This document shows positions 50,456 to 61,773 of a stretch of DNA of 64,000 bases, in pieces. The notes under the pieces were generated by a model. It made no database searches, was not told the DNA's origin, and saw nothing but the letters and a program-made list of their open reading frames with translations. The position numbers and the translations under genes were made by a program. The DNA is from Callorhinchus milii (Eukaryota). Position 1 is the stretch's first letter, and the number at the start of each line of letters is the position of its first letter. Location of the stretch: NCBI RefSeq assembly GCF_018977255.1, contig NW_024704743.1, positions 11,038,001-11,102,000 of the forward strand, in the 5' to 3' direction.

Positions 50456-51025
50456 TGGGACAGACACACAAATTCTTTGAGGCAGTGGCATCCCACGTAA
50501 GAGATACCAAGACAGTCCTTGGGACGTCCTCCTGACATGAAAGACGCTATATGAATACAATTTTTTGTTGTTATTTTTATTAATTAGCCGGGTATCCTGA
50601 CAAATGTGGAAACCTATCACCAGGCTTAAAAGTATCCAAACCAAGTTGAGAGTTCCATGTGTGTCACCTACACATGAAAATTCCCATGTTTAGAATGGAA
50701 TGGCCACTCTCTCCCTGGAAAGATGCATCCTGCTTACCTAATTCCAGAGAGTAGTAGGTACAGCTTAGCAAGAACCAATGCTTGGGAACCCTAGAGTGTG
50801 CTTTGAGGTATTGCTGAAACTTAACCAACAAAACCACATAGTTTGCCAATAAAAACAATCTCTGACAAACTTCCTGCTGCTTGTTCAGCTAGGACCACCC
50901 TGCAAGTTAGGGCTTTGGCTTGCAGGAGCTGAGTGGGAAGAATCCCTGCCCCCAGTGTGTGGTCTGCCCTTCCAGGTCCTGCCGATAAGCCTGTGCTGGT
51001 AACAGCAGTGCTCTGGAATACTGCA

Positions 51026-51134
51026 GACCCGCCTGGCTCAGGAAGTGGATTACTGAGACTGCCCTAGAGGATTGGCTTGATTCTGACATTCCGTTGCCAG
51101 GCACGTCACCGTGGAGCAAGGTTACCTAGCATGG
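51026..51134. promoter_or_regulatory. Candidate promoter/enhancer motif cluster
   Basis: CCCGCC 51028, CAGGAAGTG 51039, ATTGG 51071, GTTGCCAGGCAC 51093, ACGTCA 51103, GTTACCTAGCA 51121 in non-repeat-looking DNA. Confidence 0.3.
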
Positions 51135-51169
51135 CATATTGGTGTTACAATGATATAATAATTCAATAC

Positions 51170-51590
51170 TATTTACACTTATACAGCACCTTTCAAGATG
51201 GGAGGACATCCCAAAGTGCTTTATAATTCTGGCTGGGTATTTATAATTCAGAGCCGAGGGTGGGAGCTGAGAGGATGGAGAGGGGAAAAATGACTGAAAG
51301 CACAGTAAATGAGGTACGTTTTGAGGCATATCTTGAAAGAACGGAAGGAGGGAGGGAGTCAGAGGAACTTGGAAACATTGCATCACTTGTGTCCCACATT
51401 CAGCAAAATCTGTCGAGCGGGAGACCAGAGCCCGCTGAACGGAGGGAGCGGGCAGGTAGGTAGGGAGTCAGCAGGTCAGAGAGGTAGGAGGGAGCAAGGC
51501 CATGGATGGCCTTGAAAGTGAGGATGAGGATCTTGAATTCCATCCTCTGACGGATGGGCAGCCAGTAGAATCGGGCGAACCAGTGGAAAC
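51170..51590 (-). mobile_element. L2 3' fragments
   Basis: Minus ORF WLPIRQRMEFKILILTFKAIHGLAPSYLSDLL. Confidence 0.85.
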
Positions 51591-51925
51591 AAGCCTCCTG
51601 TGTTGACATTGCTACTTTCCCATGTATCTCAGCGAGCAGCGCTTGCTAGCAATTTCTGTGAATTAGTTGAAACTACTTTTTACTGCACAGATGGAATGAT
51701 GGAAATTAATTGGTGCCCGAATATTGGGGGAGTGTTCTGTTCTGTATATTAAATGGAGGCTGATTGGAATCTGCTGAATTTTTTTAAGCAGAGTAAACTT
51801 CTTAAAAGCAAAAGGAGACTATTCTTTCACCTTATTACCTATGCTGTCTCTATGATATTCTTACCTGTGCAGTGTACCCTGTGAGTCTATAAGAGAAAGC
51901 CACATAAAATTGGTGATACTTAAGT

Positions 51926-52350
51926 GTGTCAGTCTGGCTTAGTTGATTGTACTCTTGCCTCTGAGTCAGAAGGCGGTGGGTTCAAGACCCACCCCTGGCA
52001 CTAGGAACTCAAATAGGCTAATTCAGTGCTGGGGCTGTGATACATTATTGGAGGTGCTGCCGTTCAGACGTAACATTAAACCGAGGTCCCACCTGCGTAT
52101 TCAGGTGGATCTTATAAAGATTCTATGGCATTATTTGAAAAAATAAAGGAATTCTCCTGGCTTCCTAGCCAACAATCCCCCTAATGAATTGCATCAATTC
52201 ACTTCATGGCAGTTTGTGTGGCACTGCTGTGTGCAAGTGGTTGCCATGTTCACCTATAAAATAGAGTCACTAGACTTTATAGTATATCCTGTGAAGTGTT
52301 TTGAAACATCCTGCTGATTTGAAAGATGCTAACCAAATGTAAGAATTAAT
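51926..52350 (+). mobile_element. Old Deu-domain SINE, near full length
   Basis: gtgtcagtctggcttagttg...ctctgagtcagaagg head; attaaaccgaggtcccacctgc...ttcaggtgga core; L2-type tail. Confidence 0.8.
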
Positions 52351-52494
52351 ATAAATTGATAAACTGAGTTCACCATTTTGAATTGTGTTAGTTCAGAAAT
52401 ATTGGCGGTCAGAGCCACAGAAATCTGGCACAGACACAATGAGCTAAATAGCCTTCTTCTGTGCCATAAATTTCTAAGGTTCTCTATTCTAAAT

Positions 52495-52684
52495 CAACAT
52501 GGTCCAACAGGCAGCACGTGGGGCACGTGGCCCGGCGGGTGATTTTTTGCGGCCCGAGACTATTTCCACCATTCCAACTTTCACTCCTTCCCTCCCTCCT
52601 GGTGAATGTCTCCGAGTGCAGCAGCAGGGGCCGGCGGTTGGGAGGACCCAGCTCGCAGAGCCTTTACTGCAGTCTGTCAGGAAG
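52495..52684 (+). mobile_element. hAT-Charlie-like end, copy 2
   Basis: caacatggtccaacaggcagc...gggtgattttttgcggcccgaga. Confidence 0.55.
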
Positions 52685-52702
52685 GCAAACACCATCTCTT
52701 GG

Positions 52703-53262
52703 GGTAGAGAGAGTGGGGTAGAGAGAGGAGGGGCGAGAGAGTGGCGGGGAGAGAGTGGCGGGGAGAGAGGAGGGGGCGAGAGAGAGGGGAGAGAGAAAGG
52801 GGGAGAGAGAGCAGAGGGAGAAAGTGGGGGCTGGGAGAGAGGGGGGAGAGAGAGAGAGAGAGAGAGGGGGGGAGAGAGAGGAGGGAGGGGGGAGAGGGGG
52901 GAGACAGGGAGAGAGGAGGAAGGAGAGAGGTGGGGAGGAAGAGATGAAAGAGAGGAGTGAGAGACTGAGAGTGATTGCGAGAGGGAGAGCTGAGAAAGGG
53001 TGATGGGGGAATGTGAGAGGCAGAGAGAGTGAGAGAGGGTGAGGTGGGAGGGAGTGAATGTGAGGAGGAGAAAAAGAAACAGAGAGTGGGAAGATTGAGA
53101 GAGGGTGATTGAGAAACATTGTGTGTGGGACTGAGTATGTGTGAGAGAGAAAAGGAGAGGAAGGAAGAGAGGAGAGGGGGAGAAAGTGATTGAGAGGGGG
53201 CAGGTGGAGTGTGAGAGGGTAGAGAGAGTGTGAGAGGGTGTGATAAGGGGAGTGAGAGAGAG
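52703..53262. repeat. Polypurine (GA-rich) low-complexity tract
   Basis: Almost only G/A with GGG runs. Confidence 0.95.
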
Positions 53263-53269
53263 TAATTTG

Positions 53270-55023
53270 TACCCCACCCCCACACTCTCTCCCCCATCTC
53301 TCTCCTCCCTCTCTCCACCCCTCTTACACCCTCCCCCTCTCTCCAACTCCCTCCCCCACTTCTTCCAAATGTTCTCTCTCCCCCACTCTCTCTCCTCTCT
53401 CTCTCCACACTCTCTCTCACCTTTCTTTCACCCTTCTCTATCTCCACCCTTCTCTCTCTCTCCCCTCTCTCCCCATTCTCTCTCACCCCTCCATCTCACT
53501 CCCGGCCCTCTCTCTCTTCCCCCTCTCTCACCCTCCAGCTCCCCTCTCTTCCCCCACCCTCCCCCACCCCCACTTCACCGGCCTCTCCTTCTCCCTTCTC
53601 TCCCCCGCGCTCTCTCTCCCGCCTCCTCTCTCCCCCACTCTCTCACCCTTCCTCTCTTTCTCCCCCTCTCTCCCACCCCTCTCGCTCAACCTCTCTCCAA
53701 ATCTATCTCCCAATCTCTCTTGCTTCTCTCTCCCCCTCTCTCTCTGCCCCTTCTCTATCCCAATCTTTCACTCCCAATCTTTCTCTCCCCGCTCTCTTTC
53801 TCCCAATCTTTCACTCCCAATCTTTCTCTCCCCGCTCTCTTTCTCCCAATCTTTCACTCCCAATCTTTCTCTCCCCGCTCTCTTTCTCCCAATCTCTCTT
53901 ACTCTCTCCTAATCTCTCTCCCGCTTCTCTATCCATCCTCTAACCCTTCCTCTCCCCCTTCTCACTTCCCCGTCTTTCTCCCCCATCTCTCCCTCCCAAT
54001 CTCTCTCTCCCGCATCTTCTCTCCCCAATTTTTCTCTCCCCCCCTCTCTCCCAATCCCTCACTCCTAATCTCTCTCTCCCCACTCTATCTGACCCCTCTC
54101 TCTCCCAATCTCTCTCTCCCACTTCTCTATCCACCCTCTCCCCACTCTCTCTTCCCCCCCTCTCTCTCCCATCTCTCCGCCCCTCTCTCTCTGCCTCTCT
54201 CTTCCAATATCTTTCTCCCCTCTCTCTTTCCCCTCCCTCTCTTTTCCTTCTTTCTCTCACCCTGCCCTCTCTCTCTCCCAAATTCTCTCTCCCCCCTCTT
54301 TCTCTCCTTATTCTCTCTTCCCCCTCTCTCTGCCCCCTCTCTCTCCACCATCTCTCTCCCCTCTCTTTTTTCCTTGCTCGCTTCTCCCTCTCTCTCTCCC
54401 CGCCCTCTCTCTCTCTCCGCCTGGTCTCATCCTCCCCCTGCTCTCAACCTCCCTCTCTCATCTCTTCAGCCCCTTTCACCCTCTTTTGCTACCCCCACTC
54501 TCCCCAATCTCTCTCCCCCCTCTCTCTCCCTCCTCTCTCTGCCCCCTCTCTCCCCACCTTCTCTCTCTCCGCCATATCTCTCTCCCTCCCCTCTCTCTCC
54601 ACTACCTCTCCCAATCTCTCTCTCTCCCAATTTTTCTCTCCCCCCTCCTCTCCCACCTCCCTCTCCCCTTTCTCTTTCCCCTCTCCCCACTCTCTCCCTC
54701 TCTCTCTTCCTGCTCTCTCTCTGCCCCTCGCTCACCCTCTCTCTGCTCTCACTCTCTCTCACCCCAACTTTCTCCCCCTCTCTCTCACCCCTCTCTCACT
54801 CCCCTCTCTCCCCACTCTCCCTCTCACCTTTCTCTCTCACTCCTCTCTCTCCCTCTCTCTCTCCCACTTTCTTTCCCAATTTTTCTCCCCCAATCTCTTT
54901 CTGCCCATCCCCTCACCCTCTCTCCCCCTCCCTTTATCACCCTTCTCTCACTCCCCCCTTTCTCTCCCCCTTTCTCCAAATCTCTTTCTCCCAATCTCTC
55001 TCTCCTAATCTCTCTCTCCCCTC
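53270..55023. repeat. Polypyrimidine (CT-rich) low-complexity tract, ~1.75 kb
   Basis: Almost only C/T with recurring CCCAATCT. Confidence 0.95.
53759..53887 (+). repeat. Minisatellite, 3 perfect copies of 43 bp
   Basis: cccaatctttcactcccaatctttctctccccgctctctttct at 53759, 53802 and 53845. Confidence 0.92.
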
Positions 55024-55494
55024 ATCAAATGCAGGGATTATTATTAATGCAGTGTTGGGGATGTGCTGCATTATCAGATGCGGTGATAAACTGAGCTGCC
55101 TGTTCAAGTAAACATTAAGGATCGCAGGGCACTATTCAAAAAGAGAAGGGAGTTTCTCCTGGTGTCCTACTTAACAATCGCACAAATAAAATTGTCATTC
55201 ACTTCATGGCTGTTTGTGAGAGATAAAAAGTTCCATAGGTTAGTGGTATAGTGACTGAAGGTTTGGTCATTGATGGTAGAGCGCAGGGGGTGGGCGGACA
55301 TACAGCAAGCTCATATTAGCTGAGTGTAGAGGGTAGAAACAGATGAGTAACATACAAGAAGATCAGAAGGATTGAGAGAGGTCCTAAGATGTAAAGGGAT
55401 TTATACACTCTCCTGTTTGGCCCTTCCACTCGACAAACTCAGACTTGCTACACATACCTCCCCCCTCCTTCCCACCATGTGTCTTTAGACACTA

Positions 55495-55815
55495 TAATAA
55501 TAATCCTTGCGTTTGATGTAGTGCCTTATCACATCTTCGAGATGTCTCAAAGTGCTTCACTGAATGTAATGTAAAGTGAATTGACTGTATATTTTGTGGG
55601 CAGTCGTGGATTGAGTGACCAAACTATTATTATTTTTTTTTGAAGGGATTATTTCCCCCGAAAAGCGATTTGCAATTGACGAACAACTGGGTTCCTACTT
55701 ACTGCTACTTAAACAAAGACGTGTGTAGTAAGGAAATTTGCCAAATTATTTCGCCCTGCCCGGGAATCGAACCCAGGTCCTCTCGCTTGGAAGGCGAGGG
55801 CCCAGACTATGCCGC
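55495..55815 (-). mobile_element. Long-form older tRNA-CORE-Deu SINE
   Basis: Tail, gggttcctacttactgct, gtaaggaaatttgccc, gggaatcgaacccaggtcc. Confidence 0.8.
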
Positions 55816-56040
55816 TACACTCTGGAACTCATCCCTACATAATGTGAAAATCTTTCTCAAGAAGTTAATTGGCACTGACTTTTTGGATTTCAACCAACAG
55901 CCATTGTAAACTCTCTTTGTTCCTAATTTATCGCGAGCAATACCACACAAAACATTCAAAAGATAGCAAAGTGTTTATACCTGAAAGGAATGCCCGGGAT
56001 ATGTCCATTTGCATTGAAACTGCCATGGCACAAGTCATGT

Positions 56041-56442
56041 GTGTCAGCCTGGCTCAGTTGGTGGCACTTTCACTTTTGAGTCCGAAGGTTGTGGGTTCAA
56101 CTCCATGTCAGGCCTTCGAGCTCAGCGTCTAGGCTGATACTCCAATACTATGCTCCATTGGATGGGTCGTCCTTCGGATGAGACATTAAACCAAAGTCCT
56201 GTCTGCCGGTTCAGGTTGATGAAAGTATAAGTGAGTTACTCTGAAACAACAATCACTCCCCACGTCCCAAAATAAATGTAGATTATTCACTTCATGGCTG
56301 TACACGGGACATTGATGTGTGCAAATTGGCTGTTCCGTTGGCCTACAAAATACACAGTATAATACAATATATCCCGTGAAGCGCTCCAACACATTCTCCT
56401 GACGTGAAAGGCCCTATATCAAATTTAAGGAATATTATTATT
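56041..56442 (+). mobile_element. Old Deu-domain SINE, near full length
   Basis: gtgtcagcctggctcagttggtggcact head; ttcggatgagacattaaacc...gtctgcc core; caaattggctg; tail. Confidence 0.82.
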
Positions 56443-56653
56443 GAAGTGCTTGCTTGATGACCTGTTATATTGCACAAATACAAACCTGAAATACCTCAAT
56501 TGATGTTCAGAATTATCTCTGTAAAATGTGCAGTAAAAGCTGACAGGCTGGATCAGAGGGAGATAAGTCTGTTAGGAGGTTGGGGCATTCTGCTCTGCAT
56601 AGTGAATGCCAGTCAGCATTCTCTTTTAAACGCAACACTTTTGCCCACATGTA

Positions 56654-57480
56654 CAACAACAAGAAGAACAAAATTACATTTATAGAACGCCTTTCATGTC
56701 GGGAGGATGTCCCAAAGCGCTGAACGGTTAGGAGTTTGGGCCCAAGCATGGGGGAGGGGTGGGGTAGGGGTGAGGGAAGGCAGAGAGATGGGAGGGAGAC
56801 CAAAGGCACGGTCAAAGAGAAGGGTCTTGAGACCGGCCTTGAAGGATGCAAGGGAGGAAGCGAGGCGAAGGGACCATGAGATGGAGATCCAGAGTGTGGG
56901 GGCAGAGAGGCTGAAAACCCGGCCACCAATGGTAGGGCGGGTCGGGCGGGAGACATGGAGGAGACCGGAGCCCGATGAATGGAGGGAACGGGCAGGTTGG
57001 TAGGGAGTCAGCAGGTCAGTGAGGAAGGAGGGGGCAAGGCCATGGATGGCCTTCAAGGTGAGGACGAGGATCTTGAACTCGATCCTCTGGGGGATGGGGA
57101 GCCAGTGGAGTCGGGTGAGGGTGGAAGTGATGGGGTCACAGAGCCTGGTGCGTGCGAGTACACGAGCTGCAGAGTTTTGGATGATCTGCAGCTTGTGAAG
57201 GGAAGAGTTGGAAAGGCCGATGAGGAGGGAGTTCCCGTAATCAAGTCTTGAATGACGAATGCGTGGGTGAGGGTTTTGGCAGCCTGAGGGGTGAGGCAGT
57301 GGCGGAGTCTGGCAATGTTGCGGAGGTGGCGGTAGGCAGTGCCCGTCATGGCGCGGATGTGGAGGAGAAAGGACAGTTCAGGGTCAAACAAGATATTCAG
57401 GTTTCTGACTGGTTTAGTGAGGTTGAGTGTGCAGCCATGGAGCCTGATGCTGCCAACGACTGAGGTGCGGAGGCGCTGGG
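56654..57480 (-). mobile_element. L2 3' fragment (~830 bp)
   Basis: FDPELSFLLHI...HLRNIARLRHCLTPQAAKTL; KAIHGLAPS...FKAGLKTLLFDRAF. Confidence 0.93.
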
Positions 57481-57754
57481 GCTATATAGAGGGCATTTCA
57501 ATCCCAATATTGTGTTTAAATAAACATCTGCACAAATGAGGTAGGCTGGACTACTCATAAGTTATGAATATCAAATTTCTTTCTTCTGACTAAGCTATTC
57601 CTAAACTAATGACACAAAGACAAATTGTTTCAGGGGATATTTTTTTTTCTGGCAGTTCTAAAAAGCCCACGATGATCAGTTTCTTTAGTTTAGTTACTTC
57701 TTGGCTGTTTGTGGTACATTGCTGTATGTAAATTGGCCGTAGTAAGGAAACACT

Positions 57755-58005
57755 ATAACAATAATCATTGCATTTGATATAGTTTCTTATCACATCTTTG
57801 AGACATCTCAAAGTGTTTCACAGAATATACTGTAAAGTGAGTTGACTGTATATTTTATGGGCAAAACACGGCAGCCAATTGCGCACAGCAGTGTCCCACA
57901 AAGAGTCGTGGATTGGGTCACCAATTTTTTTGGGGTGGGATTATTACCCATGGAGAGCGATCTGACAATCGACTAACAAACAGATTCTTACTTACTACTA
58001 GGTAA
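57755..58005 (-). mobile_element. Long-form SINE, headless
   Basis: Tail, gcagccaattgcgcacagc, ttcttacttactactaggtaaa. Confidence 0.75.
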
Positions 58006-59656
58006 ATAAATTCCATCTGGGTCGAGATTTACTCCGTTTATATAGATTTTACAACATCTGGAGTTCAATTCAATTTTAGCTTTTGAAGTTTCATAGAATC
58101 TTACAGCACAGAAGGAGGCCATTTGGCCCATCCATGAGCCTGTGCCGGCTCTTTGGAGGAGTTTCTCAGAAAAGAGGGGTTTCTCCCAGTATACTGGCCA
58201 ACACTATTCCAGATAAATTAAACATTCTCTTTCTGGGACCATGCTGTGTGTGTATAAGATGTCTGCCACTTTTGCTTACAAATGCAGTGACTACACCAGA
58301 CAGACAGCATTTTCTTGTGAAGATATTTTGATGTTTATAGGAGCTATATTAAATGCAACAATTATGTTATTAACTGCACAAATCCCACAACATATGACAA
58401 AAATACTCTGGGATTTTCTCCAGTGCTGAAGTGACAATTCACTGTCTAAAATATTCTCCCATGACCCTTGATCACAGCATTCCATTAGAGTTCACAGACT
58501 TCTCACAATCTTGCCAGACTTTCAAATTCACAGTATGGTTTGAGACGTCAACACAGTGCCGAGGGCTGGGTTGGACTGAGATGGCAATCTTCCAATGAGA
58601 AATTAAACCAGGGTCCTATCTACCTTTTCAGGTGGATGTTAAAGATCGCATGACACTACTTGACAAGATAATGATGTTTCTCCTAATGTCATGGCCAGCA
58701 ATCTCAAAATAAACATAGTCATTCATTTCACAGCTGTTTATTGGACATTGCTGTACTCAAAATTGGCTGCCCCGTGGGCATACAAGATACACAGTCACTG
58801 CTCTTTACAGTGAATCTTGTGAAACACTTTGAGACATTCCCCCACCAAAGCAAAAGGCACTATATAAAATGCAAGCATTATTATTCTAAACAAAATCTCT
58901 TCAGGCTCTCTTAAAAGCCAGTTATAAGGTGATATGGAGCGGAAAACAATAGTCTGAAGCAGTATTTAATAATGCAGGCTTGGAGTTGTTTGCAGGGACT
59001 CTTGTTGGTAACCATCAGTGCAGCATGGTCAACTTCTAGGGATCTTACAATTTCTGTTGCTTTGTAGCAGGGATTGTGCCATCGAGATAACAATGCTGTA
59101 TACATTTGCATTTATATAGCGTCTTTCATATTGGGAGGACATCCCAAGGCACTTAATGGTGTTGGCAGCCGTGGTGGGGAGGGAGTTGGGGGGGGGTTAG
59201 TGCTGGAGGGGTGTTGGGAGGAGAAAGAAAACTGAAAGCGCAGTTGAAGAGGTAGGTCTTGAGATGGACCTTGAATGTACAAAGTGGGGGGGGAAACAAG
59301 CTGAAAGGAGGATGGAGCTCCAGCTAAGGCTGTATCTTGAGAAACAGCAGCCAAATGCTGTGCTCTGGGAGTGCAGCAATAACAATAACCAGGCTGCCTA
59401 AGTGGGGATGCGGAGTGTGGAGAGTGATAATTATTGACTAGTTATGGTTCGCAGTGTTTGGCAATGTGATAATTATCATTGATTCCCACCCCAATAATAC
59501 TGTATGTGACCCCAACCCTCCCACCCACACAGGCAAGTGAGTGTTACATGCATAAAAAACAGCTGCCCAGACAATCAGGGATTTCCCTCCCCTCAAGGTC
59601 CTTCCAGTACACAAAGGGTTAAGAACAATTATTTTCATCCTCTTTCTGTTTCTCAG

Positions 59657-59734
59657 TGGCTGTTGAGGAGGACGCAGGGCTCAGAGTTTGCACATAAGTG
59701 AAACAGAAAATCAAGTACCGACATAACACTAAAC
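59657..59734 (+). other. Candidate non-coding exon (78 nt)
   Basis: Acceptor ttttcatcctctttctgtttctcag and donor AAC/GTAAGT; a stop in every frame. Confidence 0.25.
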
Positions 59735-59852
59735 GTAAGTCCAATGAATTACAATTACACACAGAAGGCAGGAGACAGCAGCATTAAAGCCAAACATTGA
59801 AGCCGAGCATCTGGTTTCCACAGCAACAGTCCTGGACAGCTCCTTGTGGTAT

Positions 59853-60090
59853 GGAGTGGAGGGCAGGGGGAGGGGAAAAGGGAGAGGGAAAAGGGGGAGA
59901 GGGAGGAGAGAGAAAATGGGAGGGAGCTGGGGGTGAGTAGGAGGGGGAGATGGAAAGGGGAGAGGGAAAGAGAAAGGAGGACAGAAAGCGGAGTGGGGAG
60001 AGGATAAGGAGGATGGAAAGGGAAAAGGAGAGGGAAGAACAAGGGGGAAGAGAGGGAGAAATGGGGGAAGGGGAGGTGGAGGAGGGGTGC
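59853..60090. repeat. GA-rich low-complexity tract
   Basis: Polypurine with many G-runs. Confidence 0.9.
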
Positions 60091-61773
60091 TGGGATTGAA
60101 AATAAAAGCTGTCTGTTTCCTTCGGTGTTTGTGTATATATGTGACTTGGACCCATTTTTCAATGTAAACAGCACCGTAAAATCCTTAGCAAAACGTGAAC
60201 TAGGCATTGCCACTTTAAGAGCGTGGAATGTGAGTGGTTGCATTTGGTGGGTTGTTATGAATTGGGTTGTTTTCAACTGAATAATTTGACTTGGATGGAC
60301 TCCAGCCTGCACTGTGAACAGTTGCAGAGCCTTATTATTGTCGATATAACAAACAAGATAACCTGGTATTAAATTTCTGTCCAGACTTGCAGTGGCCCTG
60401 AATGGATTCTTTTGTTTAGCCAAGTGCAGAGCTCCTCACAGTTAACCAGACACCTGAAAATATAACCTGAATGGCTCACTTTACTCCACTGACAGAATAA
60501 TGTCTGCAAATTCTAGTCGAGCCTGTCCATTTAAAAGCCTTGGTTTTTTTCTTGTCATTATTCTTGTGCAACTGAGAATGCTGTGCATTCCTGAGTCACT
60601 ATTTGGTGCACCAAAGGAATCTGTTTACAAGAGCTCCTCTGCCATATAATATCTCTAAAAAGTGGCCTACAGGAAAGATAGATAGATTCTTGTGTGGTTT
60701 ATCAGTGTTGAATCTCCTGATAGCACTGTAAACAGAAAAAGCTGGTTTACCCATACATGTTGATCTCCGAACTGTTGGAATGACTTGTGAATAGCTCAGC
60801 TGAGCAACTTGTTTTGCACAATCTCAATTGTGGTGGCTTTGCTCCTGGTCAGAGTTTCACAGAATGTGCCACAAAATGGGTGATGTCACTGCACTCAGCA
60901 ATGTACACTGAATCCTTTGTGCTGGGTGGAATTCGGACAATTTGATGAGATACCAGGTATTGCTATGAGCTTTAACCATAGGCAATCCGGAGTTTTAAAG
61001 TGTGGGGAGTGAGTATTATTGTGGCGAGCCTTCCCACGGAATAACTAAAAGTGGAGTCAAATAGAAAGGGGCAAACTATGCAGTTTGCTGGTTAGACTCC
61101 AGTAGTACCCCAACACACACTCTGGGGTCCCCAATCCTTGCCTCTTATTAACCTGCCCCAAATACTTTCCGAAATTAGGTAAGCAGAATGTGTTCCTCCA
61201 GGGAATTAGTGCTCATTCCATTCCAACAATTTGACTCAGGAAATTTTTGGATACTCTTAAGCATAATGATGGGTTTCTTCATGTATCAGTCATGGATCTG
61301 ACCCCCAAAAATACAAAGGGGCTGATGAGTGGGAGTTTGGGGAGTGAGAATTGTTATTCTCCACGTAGCAAATTCATTGCTATGTCTAAACTATCTGCCA
61401 CTTTTAGTAAGTATTAGTAATTTCTCCCTGTGTACTCTTACATAAATGCTGAATTATTTTTAACACGGGTTTTACACAAATCACATAATAGACCTCTTTG
61501 TAAATGTCAAATCAAATTATACTTTTAAAATGCCTGTTGTATTTATATTATAAATCAGAAGTAAATTCACTAAACTTACCAAACTGAACAGGCTAGCGCT
61601 TAGCCTACATTAACAAATTTGCTAAATGGAACGCAAAGAATGATAAATAATAACACTTGTATATGTCTTAAGGTCTCAAAGCATGTCACAACATTTTTTT
61701 NAACGTAAAAGGTGGTATCAGCCTATGGTTAGTCGGTAGTACTCTTGACTCTGAGTTAGAAGGTTGTGAGTTC

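Noticed and set aside
53240..55111. 623-aa ORF (and the overlapping 285- and 269-aa minus ORFs)
   Set aside because: Leu/Ser/Pro translation of a CT tract that rarely forms stop codons; no domain signature.
59755..60423. 222-aa minus-strand ORF
   Set aside because: Half is low-complexity tract and the rest has no recognisable motif.
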